Virus record (IMG/VR): IMGVR_UViG_3300020120_000133
Coordinates: 1 to 64,000 of that record
Direction: 5' to 3' (one strand)
Source: a virus
DNA length: 64,000 bases
The notes beneath the pieces are model-generated. The model did not search any database, was not told the origin of the DNA, and saw only the letters and a program-made list of their open reading frames with translations. A program made the translations under genes and the position numbers. This document shows positions 18,479 through 26,440 of this stretch, piece by piece. Positions within the stretch are counted from its first letter, which is position 1. Each line of letters starts with the position of its first letter.

Positions 18479-19057
18479 TCAACTCCGGCAACGGCCGCAT
18501 TCGCATCGTGGCGCGAATTCGTCATAAATTGCGTTGAGGATTCCGGCGAATCGTTCCTCGATTTTCGCGCCGACACGATCATCGCGCGACACCGTTTTGA
18601 CGATGGGACAGCCGAAATCGCGGGGCACGTAGATGATGTGGGCCTGTCGCCACGGCCCCCAGTGCATGTAGGCTTGGACCTGATCGAAGTGGCGGCGGCT
18701 GATGTCGGGATGTTCGCGCAGATGCTTGTTCGTCGTGCTTTTGATCTCAAGCATGTCGCCGCGCCACTCGCCATCAGTGTGACCCTTGACCATTCCATTG
18801 AACGCGCTGAGTTCAATTCCCGGTTTGACGTCATCGCCAAGCAGTTTCAGGACCGCCGCCTCAATCGTGTAGCCGAGCCACGCGCCGATGTGATTGTCGA
18901 TCGTGGCTGGCGTTCCGTCGAAATATTCGAAATACAGGACGCGCGGGCATTCGCTGGCTTTCGACATTCCGATGTATGGCCGGCGCTCGTCGAAGCCGCT
19001 GTTCTTCTGAAGCCGATCGATCAAAAGCCGATGAAGAGAATCAGAGGGGTTCGCCAT
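18479..19057 (-). CDS. Cas4-like PD-(D/E)xK nuclease with four Cys (putative Fe-S cluster)
   Basis: SECPRVLYF (N-terminal Cys), GHTDGEW...MLEIKS (D...ExK), QVQAYM (QxxxY) and C-terminal CECGRC. A cargo gene inside the tail operon. Confidence 0.65.
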   Translation of the reverse strand: MANPSDSLHRLLIDRLQKNSGFDERRPYIGMSKASECPRVLYFEYFDGTPATIDNHIGAWLGYTIEAAVLKLLGDDVKPGIELSAFNGMVKGHTDGEWRGDMLEIKSTTNKHLREHPDISRRHFDQVQAYMHWGPWRQAHIIYVPRDFGCPIVKTVSRDDRVGAKIEERFAGILNAIYDEFAPRCECGRCRS

Positions 19058-19099
19058 GCCGTGATTTTATCGTAACTGCATGGCGTCGTTTTCGATCCG

Positions 19100-19399
19100 T
19101 CAGACGCACTCGATTCTGGTGGGACGGCCGGTTTGTTCGCGCAGGACCACAAGGGATCGCAAGAGGACTTCTTTGAGATGGTCCACGTCATCGAAATAGC
19201 CGCTGCGACCGTCGTGAGTGAGGCAGGCGGATCGCCAAAGGCCGTCGGGGTGAAGGTAAATCGCGGGACATTCGCGGCCTTCGCGCCAGAACCGAGGATC
19301 GGGCCGAGATGCGAAGTAGCCGTCCGAACGGTATCCGATCCGAATCACCGTCTCTTCCACCAATGAGCAACCGGGCGGCAGTTTGAAATTGGACGGCAT
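19100..19399 (-). CDS. Hypothetical protein (99 aa)
   Basis: ORF-track ORF behind GAGGAAAGG. Confidence 0.45.
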   Translation of the reverse strand: MPSNFKLPPGCSLVEETVIRIGYRSDGYFASRPDPRFWREGRECPAIYLHPDGLWRSACLTHDGRSGYFDDVDHLKEVLLRSLVVLREQTGRPTRIECV

Positions 19400-19435
19400 G
19401 GCGCGATCTTACCTTTCCTCGCACAACACGTTCGA

Positions 19436-20785
19436 TCACAGCAGCGCCGGATCAACCGCCAGCGAAATCGTCAGCGTCCCGGTTCCCCCGACCACGACCT
19501 CGGCGATCTCAAACGCGATGCTGCCGATCGCACCGTCGGCCTCTGAGTTCATGTCGGCGACATCGAATTCATAGTCATCCCCGACGAAATGCACCGCGAA
19601 CTGCTGGCCGCTGATCGGATGGACGAACTTGAAGGGCTTGCGCGCCCCGGTCATCCGGTCGAAGAAGTCGATGAGGGCCTGAATCTCGGGGGCTTCACGG
19701 TTCGAATAGACCAGCTTGAAACCGTTCTGGGGTCGCGTGAAGGGGACCGACACGAACTCGCGGCCATCATCGGTCGTGGTGCTGACGGTCTCGGCCGTGT
19801 GGTTTCGGTCCATGACATAATCTGGCAAGATGTCGGATGGCATCTCGTCGTTGGGAAGCGGGAAAGACGACGGCGCCAGTTTTGACCCCGAGACGACGAT
19901 CCGTTGTGTGGCCGTCCACGGGTTGGCGCCGCCGTTTTTCTTCAGCTCCCGAACCCTTACGTCGTAGGTGTAGCCCGGCCTCAGCCAGAGAACCCGCGTC
20001 GTCACCGTCGCGATGGTGAGATCGTGGTAGCTTTCGGGGAAATCGTCGGGGTCGGCCGGCATCACTTCCCATTCCAGCAGTTCGGTTGCCGACGAGACCG
20101 ACGAAACCGTGGCGGTCACGGGCTTGAGATCGAGGTTGGCGGCGGCGGCGACCGCGAGGGACGGGGGCGGCAGCGCGGCGCTTGGCAGTTCCTTGGCGAC
20201 GAAGTGCACGATCCGCATGTCCGCGCCCGCGATATTCGACACCATGTAGATGCCCCACTGGCCCGGCGCGTTGTAGACGTTGACGAGATCGACCGCGTCG
20301 TCCGGCGGTTGATCTTCCGTCGGCCTGAAGTGCGGTTCGAACCACCACCGCGCCCGCCTCCCGATGATCTCAAGCCTCACGCTCGCGCCGGTGACGTCGT
20401 TGGCCGCGACGACGGACGAAGTGGCGAGATCATGCTCGACGCCCGCGACGATCTCGATCAGGTGGAGTTTGCGGTCGTTGTGGTCCCCATAGACCGCGAC
20501 GTAGTTGTTGGCGTCCTGATACAGCAGGAACGCGCCGGTGCGGGCGAGCGATCCGACCGTGGCGCCGAAGACGAAGCGGACCTCGACCATCTGATGAACG
20601 CGATCGGGCGCATCGACGTTCGCGAGAAAGCCGACACCGCTGCTGGCCGATAGCTCGATCGGCTGGGTCGTGCCGGCGACGAAGGTCAGGTTGGTATCGG
20701 AGGCGGCGAGATAGTCCCAGGCTTGGCTGCTTGAACTCGGGGACGGGACAGTGCTAACGGCGTCGTGAAAATCCGTGTCGATCAT
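19436..20785 (-). CDS. Tail protein: LamG-like plus FN3-like domains plus a DUF2460-like C-terminal domain
   Basis: The C-terminus LIDFFDRMTGARKPFKFVHPISGQQFAVHF parallels HRWFQALNGPLRPFYFDFTDP of the 21497..22213 product and the DUF2460 pattern I recall. Confidence 0.5.
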   Translation of the reverse strand: MIDTDFHDAVSTVPSPSSSSQAWDYLAASDTNLTFVAGTTQPIELSASSGVGFLANVDAPDRVHQMVEVRFVFGATVGSLARTGAFLLYQDANNYVAVYGDHNDRKLHLIEIVAGVEHDLATSSVVAANDVTGASVRLEIIGRRARWWFEPHFRPTEDQPPDDAVDLVNVYNAPGQWGIYMVSNIAGADMRIVHFVAKELPSAALPPPSLAVAAAANLDLKPVTATVSSVSSATELLEWEVMPADPDDFPESYHDLTIATVTTRVLWLRPGYTYDVRVRELKKNGGANPWTATQRIVVSGSKLAPSSFPLPNDEMPSDILPDYVMDRNHTAETVSTTTDDGREFVSVPFTRPQNGFKLVYSNREAPEIQALIDFFDRMTGARKPFKFVHPISGQQFAVHFVGDDYEFDVADMNSEADGAIGSIAFEIAEVVVGGTGTLTISLAVDPALL

Positions 20786-20793
20786 CGATCAGG

Positions 20794-21225
20794 TCAGACG
20801 GATTCGTCGGCGCGTTGCTTCTCCAGCCAAGCGTGGGCCTCTTTGGATATTTTGTCGAGTCCCTGCTGAAGCTGCTTTGCGTTCATCGCGTTATCGTCGA
20901 TCAGACAGAATTGCTCTATCAGGTCTTCCGCTTCCGAGAGTCGTTCCCTCGCCTCAAGGAATTTCCGCAGCACCCAGCACCGATTGCACCCACACGATGG
21001 CGCATGCAATAGCGCCTTTGCGCGTCGCACATCTTCGTTTGGCTGATCGCTCATGGAAGCTGATCTTACCGCGAGCGGCAGCTTCGTCACGCTACAGGCA
21101 TGATCGTTCGGCGGATCGATGGCGGCGCATCCCACCAGCGCGGCCAGTATGTACCCGGCGGCGGCGAATGCGATGATCGCGAGGGTCATCAGGGCGATGA
21201 AGCGGAGGCAGTCGCGGAAATTCAT
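20794..21225 (-). CDS. Putative lipoprotein (lipobox LVGC) with a helical C-terminus
   Basis: MNFRDCLRFIALMTLAIIAFAAAGYILAALVGC. Start taken at the ATG overlapping the upstream stop (TGATG). Confidence 0.45.
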   Translation of the reverse strand: MNFRDCLRFIALMTLAIIAFAAAGYILAALVGCAAIDPPNDHACSVTKLPLAVRSASMSDQPNEDVRRAKALLHAPSCGCNRCWVLRKFLEARERLSEAEDLIEQFCLIDDNAMNAKQLQQGLDKISKEAHAWLEKQRADESV

Positions 21226-21497
21226 CAGCATTCTCTCCAGACTCCGGCCTCCAAGAACCCGTGCCATTGCCCGTCGTGCCGCGTGATCAGGATCGACGGC
21301 GAAACCGTGATCGTGCCGTCCGGATGTTCTTCGACTTTGTGGCCGCCGAGATTGGCGATAAACAGATTGTGGGCGTCGAGAGGATGGGTCTTCTCTGATG
21401 CCCGTCGCGGCGCACAGGCGTACCAGTGGCCTTCTACTTTCCCGTAGTCACCGGGGCTCGGAAGTCCCGGCGGATCATCGATGCGCTTGCCTTGCAT
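21225..21497 (-). CDS. Small protein with an SPSI...WHGFL motif (DUF6527-like)
   Basis: TGATG overlap with the upstream gene. TVSPSILITRHDGQWHGFLEAGVW is paralogous in motif to 52181..52522 and 52519..52917. Confidence 0.5.
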   Translation of the reverse strand: MQGKRIDDPPGLPSPGDYGKVEGHWYACAPRRASEKTHPLDAHNLFIANLGGHKVEEHPDGTITVSPSILITRHDGQWHGFLEAGVWREC

Positions 21498-22213
21498 CAG
21501 ACATCCCCCGCCACGGTCTGTCTCGGTTCCTCGATCAGATTGAACTCCAACGTGCTGAGGTCCGGCGCGGTGATCCGATCGACGATGCTGGGGTCTCGGA
21601 ACCGCACGATGTACCGCGTCTCGACGCCCGTGTTCGGATCGGTGAAATCGAAGTAGAAGGGTCGCAGTGGCCCGTTGAGCGCCTGAAACCAGCGGTGCAG
21701 CAGCGCGGCCTGATCGGGGTCCAGCAGCCGCATCATGACCTTGAAGGCCGCGCGGGGTGCCTGCCACTTCGAACGTCGCGTGTTGCCGGCGAACCCGCCA
21801 TCGACGAGGGTTCGGTAGGTCTTGATGATGCCCGAACCCACGGAGAGATCGGGGAACGTCGCGGCCGGCTCCATGATCTCGATATCCTCATCGACGCCGC
21901 TCCCGATGGTGGAGGGTGCCGCGCCGCCGCCGTAGTTCGCGACGGCGAGAGTGGTTTTGTTGGACGCCTCGCTCCACACGCCGGACCTGTCTCTGCATCC
22001 CGCCACGTACTCCCGGTTCCCCGTCGAATCCAACGCAATCAGGTGCGCCTGCCGGAGTCGCGCACCCGTCACGATCCTTCTGCCGCCGCCAGATGGGGCC
22101 GAGACCTTCACCAGCGTCGCTTGAGGCGTCAATCCACCCCTGAGAAATGGCGTCGCCACGGCGCGGGCCAGGGGTCCTGTGCCGCCGTTGCTGAGCGCTA
22201 AAGTCATCGCCAT
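21497..22213 (-). CDS. DUF2460-like distal tail protein (GTA g12-like)
   Basis: LLHRWFQALNGPLRPFYFDFTDPNTGVETRYIVRFRD. Located in the tail operon. Confidence 0.5.
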   Translation of the reverse strand: MAMTLALSNGGTGPLARAVATPFLRGGLTPQATLVKVSAPSGGGRRIVTGARLRQAHLIALDSTGNREYVAGCRDRSGVWSEASNKTTLAVANYGGGAAPSTIGSGVDEDIEIMEPAATFPDLSVGSGIIKTYRTLVDGGFAGNTRRSKWQAPRAAFKVMMRLLDPDQAALLHRWFQALNGPLRPFYFDFTDPNTGVETRYIVRFRDPSIVDRITAPDLSTLEFNLIEEPRQTVAGDV

Positions 22214-22220
22214 GCGGGGA

Positions 22221-23324
22221 TCAGACGAATAGCTGCGGTTGATGCTGGCGTTGCGCCCACTCGATCCGGCGTCGCGCGATATCGACGTAGTTCTCGTCGC
22301 CGGGTCCGGCTGGACAGCGTTCGATGCCGGTGAAATCCCTGCCCGTCAGCATCGCGGCCATTCCGGTCGTGCCCGAGCCAGTGAAAGGATCGAGGACGCT
22401 GCCGCCGGTTGGGGTGGACGTCAGCTTGCAGAGATAAGCCATCAAATCGAGCGGCTTTACGGTCGGGTGCGGATTGTTCTCCCCCGGGTTCAGCCCCGCG
22501 TTGCGTTGGGCCTTGCTGGCTTTGGAACAGTAGAAAAAGCGCGACGCGCCGCCGCTGTCGCCGTAGGTTCCGGTGGACGTCGCTTCGTCGGGGAAGTTGC
22601 CCATGTACCCGCCGCCGCCAAGGGAGGACACGCGGCGCTGCCCCGGTTTCATCATTCCACTCGCGAGAGTTCCGGTCTGCTGATCTAATAATTCCGACGC
22701 CGCCTCGTCCATCGCCACGTTTGCAGGCCATCGACCCAGCGGCGATACTGCGCCGTCCCCACTCGTTCCGCCGGCGATTCTCCAATTTTCTCGGTCTTTC
22801 CGGGGTTCATACTCTCTTGGTTTCCCGATCTCGTCGCCTTCAATTCTTCCCGCGTCGATGTTGAATTCGCGGACGCGATCGGCATATTTCCGCGCCACGA
22901 TGATCGGTTCCCACGCTGGCTTCAACGAACTTCGCGCCTTCGGAAACCCCTGTCCGAATAGCCAGCAGATTGTGTCGGTGATCTCCCATCCGCCATCTTC
23001 AATCGCAACCGCCAACCGATGAAACGTGCGAGGACCCCCGAACGACAGCAAGAATGCGCCCGGCTTGGCGACGCGCAGAACCGCCTGCCACGTTTCCGGC
23101 CTGAACGCGACGTCGCCGCCGTCCCAAGTCTTGCCCATGAATCCCTTGGAGCCGAGGCGCGTGCGCCCAAACGGCGTCGCCGGATCGTTGATTCTCGCGC
23201 TGCCGTTGCGGCTGCGGCTGGTCAAATGATAAGGCGGATCGGTAATCACCGTGTCGAAACTGTCGGCGGCGAACGTCGGCAGGACCGCCAAGCAATCGCC
23301 GTGATGGAGCGCGAATTCGGGCAT
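22221..23324 (-). CDS. DNA methyltransferase, beta class (DPPY then FxGxG), N6-adenine or N4-cytosine
   Basis: VITDPPYH near the N-terminus and VLDPFTGSGTTGMAA near the C-terminus. Inserted between tail genes and has its own leader. Confidence 0.8.
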   Translation of the reverse strand: MPEFALHHGDCLAVLPTFAADSFDTVITDPPYHLTSRSRNGSARINDPATPFGRTRLGSKGFMGKTWDGGDVAFRPETWQAVLRVAKPGAFLLSFGGPRTFHRLAVAIEDGGWEITDTICWLFGQGFPKARSSLKPAWEPIIVARKYADRVREFNIDAGRIEGDEIGKPREYEPRKDRENWRIAGGTSGDGAVSPLGRWPANVAMDEAASELLDQQTGTLASGMMKPGQRRVSSLGGGGYMGNFPDEATSTGTYGDSGGASRFFYCSKASKAQRNAGLNPGENNPHPTVKPLDLMAYLCKLTSTPTGGSVLDPFTGSGTTGMAAMLTGRDFTGIERCPAGPGDENYVDIARRRIEWAQRQHQPQLFV

Positions 23325-23359
23325 CGCGTGACTCTATCGTGATTCCCCGCCAGCGTTCA

Positions 23360-23824
23360 TCAAGCGTCAACCGTGTATCCGAACACATCGACCCCGATGA
23401 CCAGACCCGGTGCCGCGCCCGTGATCTTCACGCTGAACTCGATATTGGCCGCATAGCTGACCCACGTTGCCGGCGGCGACACCAGCTTCAATTTCGCGAT
23501 GCCGTCGAGATCGCGCGATGCCGACGCCGAGAAATCGTCGTAATCAGTGCTGTTGCCCCCGAGACTCAACGTCGGATTCGTCGCCAAACTGCTGACATCG
23601 ACCGATCTGAGAACCACTGAAGTGACAATCAGCCGTTTGCCAGTTGGGACGGTGAACAGCACGACCCGCCCGGTGCCCGCGACATCGATCTCGTCCCGCG
23701 CCAGTTGCCACGGCACACATTTATCGAGTTCGTCCAGCGCGTTGTTGATCGTGACATCCGCATCGGTCTGTCCACGAAACAGCTTCTGGATACTTCGCCA
23801 CGCTGTCAGCACCACATTGGGCAT
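23360..23824 (-). CDS. Hypothetical tail-operon protein (154 aa)
   Basis: ORF-track ORF behind GGAGAGACCGAA. Confidence 0.5.
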   Translation of the reverse strand: MPNVVLTAWRSIQKLFRGQTDADVTINNALDELDKCVPWQLARDEIDVAGTGRVVLFTVPTGKRLIVTSVVLRSVDVSSLATNPTLSLGGNSTDYDDFSASASRDLDGIAKLKLVSPPATWVSYAANIEFSVKITGAAPGLVIGVDVFGYTVDA

Positions 23825-23877
23825 TTCGGTCTCTCCGATTCACGCAAAAGTAAAGATGTAAACTACCTCTTTACATT

Positions 23878-24261
23878 TCAAACCGTCTCGATCGTCCCGA
23901 GTTCCAGCCGCCGTCCGACCTGATCGAACTGCACGACCCTGAGTTTCAGCGCCGTCGCATAAACGCCGTGATCGCTGACGTTCATTTCGTGGTAGTAGGT
24001 CCACCGGCTGATCGGCGCCAGCAGCGGCGCGGACTCCGAGACAACGTCGCCGGTCGCGGGATTCAGGATCTCGACAACGGTGTGGCGAATGTCGGGTGCC
24101 AACGTCGCGCCAAAGCCGGCGGGTTCGAAGCCGACAGCCTCGCGGCCAATTCCGACTACGGCGCTCAAGGGGTTCCAAACGACGGTCAAGTCATCACTAT
24201 CCGCAATAGTGACAGGTCCCGAGGGTGCGCGATGCTCGACGCCGTTGACGATCAGGTTCAC
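23878..24261 (-). CDS. Hypothetical tail-operon protein (127 aa, GTG start)
   Basis: ORF-track ORF. The CGTCTGA box lies 8 nt upstream. Confidence 0.5.
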   Translation of the reverse strand: MNLIVNGVEHRAPSGPVTIADSDDLTVVWNPLSAVVGIGREAVGFEPAGFGATLAPDIRHTVVEILNPATGDVVSESAPLLAPISRWTYYHEMNVSDHGVYATALKLRVVQFDQVGRRLELGTIETV

Positions 24262-24276
24262 AGCGGAATCAGACGA

Positions 24277-25938
24277 TTACGGCTGCGTCGCTGCCGCTGC
24301 CTTCAGTTTCGGCGTCAAGTTGTGGAGATCGTCCGTTGCACCCCAAGAATTTAGCTTCCAAGCGCTGGCGAGGTCATACCAACAACCGATGTCACCAACG
24401 CCGCTGAACCAGTTCGCCCGGTATCTCGCGACGACCGTTCCCATCCTGTCGTCGGCCTGTGATGCCAGAACGCCCGGCCATCGTGCCTGCCCGTTCCTTC
24501 CGACCCCCATTTCGTAGGCCACAAGCCGCTTGCCGTACTTTTTGGCGATCGCGAGCTGCTGCTGAACATTGGCATCGAACGACGCGCCGGTCCTGCCGGG
24601 GTCCAGCAGCCCGGTGATTCCAAGTGACGGAACGCCGTTGAAATATTGATCCGCTGTCCACGTCGGCTGCGTCGCCGCTTTCACGCTGTCACCCATGTAA
24701 GGCGCTATCGCGATGGCGTCGATGAGTCCGAGCCGGCCGCGCTTCTGTAACCACGACAGCATGTTCTCCGTCGCCGCCGGGTTCTCGCGATGACAGCCGA
24801 GGACGATGATGCTGCGCCTCGCCAGTGCCGGATCGGATGCCCGCCACAATTCCGCGTTCGCTGCCGTCATTTCGGCGAAGATCCGGGCCGCCGTGTTCCA
24901 GCGGTTCTTGTCGAAGCCGATCGCGAGATTCGCCGCGATCGTGGCGTCGGCGCGTGCCAGCAACATCTTTCCTTGTGGGAACGCTGGCGCTTCGTTCCAT
25001 GCCTCGTTGCTCGTCTCCACGAAAGCGCAGAGGTCCGGCGACAGCGCCGAGTTCACCATCGCGGCCGCCGATCGCACGAAATCGGGGTTGGCGTCAAGCG
25101 GCAGGTTCAGCCAACAATCGTTGCCCGTGAGATTGCAGAGTGCCACGGCGTCGGCGACGCAGCCCTTGCCCGCGAACGTCAGGCTGTCGATTCCCGGCTG
25201 ATCGGTCCAGGCGACCGAAGTGTTGCCGTTGGCTCCGAGCCAGTCCATAAAGCGAACCGGACCCGGAAACATCTTGACCTTCTCGACAAGCTGGGGATTG
25301 AACTTCGGTGGTTCGGTGGTCTGCGGTGCCGCGATGATTCCCGGCCTGTAGCAGCGAACGTAACTAGGTGCCGTGGCTACAGCAAGATCGACGCCGACGA
25401 GTTCGGAGGTCGCCGCCACGTTCAGCGCCCACCACTTGTCGCCGTCCTCCGTCGCGGCCAGCGGCTTCACCGACTCCGCAGCGCCCGGTGTCGCGGTGAC
25501 CGCAACGACGCCGCCGCCGATCCTGAGATACCAAGTGCCTGCCGTCGATGCTGGATTCAGCCCGCGCGCCAAGTAAACCCGCAAGTTACCCGTCGGCCAC
25601 TTCGTTGTCCCCGGCGCGATGGCGACGCCGTTGAGTTGGATTTCGGCGGTTCTGATGGCGTCGGCGTAGACGCACTGGGGATCGTAGTCGCGCAGTTCCC
25701 CGAGATTGATTCCGCCGCGCTTTGCCGGCTGCGTCGATGGCACCGTGGTCGGAGGCGTCGGAACTGCAGCCGCCCAGTTATGTTCGTTCACAGTCCCGTC
25801 GGTCCACCAAACCGTTGTCTGGACCCGCTGAATGGTGGGGCGCGTCGCTTGGCCGTAAACCTTGACCGGCAGGAACCACGCGACCAGCAGGAATGCCGCC
25901 AGAATCAGCAGCAACGTGAAAAAGTCTCGTTTTCGCAT
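24277..25938 (-). CDS. Signal-anchored glycoside-hydrolase-like protein (TIM-barrel clan-A style)
   Basis: N-terminal TM segment (FFTLLLILAAFLLVAWFL). FVETSNEAWN and LVAYEMG resemble the acid/base and nucleophile Glu contexts of clan GH-A enzymes. Call made by eye only. Confidence 0.4.
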   Translation of the reverse strand: MRKRDFFTLLLILAAFLLVAWFLPVKVYGQATRPTIQRVQTTVWWTDGTVNEHNWAAAVPTPPTTVPSTQPAKRGGINLGELRDYDPQCVYADAIRTAEIQLNGVAIAPGTTKWPTGNLRVYLARGLNPASTAGTWYLRIGGGVVAVTATPGAAESVKPLAATEDGDKWWALNVAATSELVGVDLAVATAPSYVRCYRPGIIAAPQTTEPPKFNPQLVEKVKMFPGPVRFMDWLGANGNTSVAWTDQPGIDSLTFAGKGCVADAVALCNLTGNDCWLNLPLDANPDFVRSAAAMVNSALSPDLCAFVETSNEAWNEAPAFPQGKMLLARADATIAANLAIGFDKNRWNTAARIFAEMTAANAELWRASDPALARRSIIVLGCHRENPAATENMLSWLQKRGRLGLIDAIAIAPYMGDSVKAATQPTWTADQYFNGVPSLGITGLLDPGRTGASFDANVQQQLAIAKKYGKRLVAYEMGVGRNGQARWPGVLASQADDRMGTVVARYRANWFSGVGDIGCWYDLASAWKLNSWGATDDLHNLTPKLKAAAATQP

Positions 25939-25956
25939 GAGAACGGCAGACGCGAT

Positions 25957-26334
25957 CTACATGCCGCTGCCGAATGGCTTTAACTTCTCGTCGATATCGA
26001 AGACCTCGAAATTTCTCGCGACGATCCTGATCGCCTCATCGCTGTCTTTCAGGAAAATGCGATATCGGTTTAATGTTTGGTGGACGCCCTTGTGATGCGC
26101 GGCGCACAAGGGTCTCAAACTGGCGATTGGCTCGCGCCCGAGGTTGCGATAATCGGTGTGGTGAAGTTGGACGCGACGCGCATCGCAGATCAGGCAGCGT
26201 TTTGGCAGCGGGGATTCGAAGTATCGGTCTCGGATCAGCCACCAGCGCGGGGACGAAAGATAGCGCCGCAGCGTACTCGGCTTGGGTCGGTGATCGCCGT
26301 TCGCAACCGCAGCCCAGAACGTATCCGTGTTCAT
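25957..26334 (-). CDS. HNH endonuclease
   Basis: CLICDARRVQLHHTDYRNLGRE...LRPLCAAHHKGVH. Start at ATG 26334 behind GGAG. Free-standing gene directly after the tape measure. Confidence 0.6.
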   Translation of the reverse strand: MNTDTFWAAVANGDHRPKPSTLRRYLSSPRWWLIRDRYFESPLPKRCLICDARRVQLHHTDYRNLGREPIASLRPLCAAHHKGVHQTLNRYRIFLKDSDEAIRIVARNFEVFDIDEKLKPFGSGM

Positions 26335-26440
26335 GGGGAACTCCTGTGATGGGAAAAACTGTGGAACGGTCTTCGGCGGTTTCGGCGACGTGCCGATCCC
26401 AAAAGGTGGACCCAAATAATCACGAAGTTCAGGTGAGTTG

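Noticed and set aside
23856-23876. AT-rich hairpin ATGTAAA/TTTACAT with a T-rich tail between two tail-operon genes
   Set aside because: The stem is only 7 A/T-rich base pairs, so it is weak as a terminator. I cannot distinguish an internal promoter from a terminator using sequence alone.
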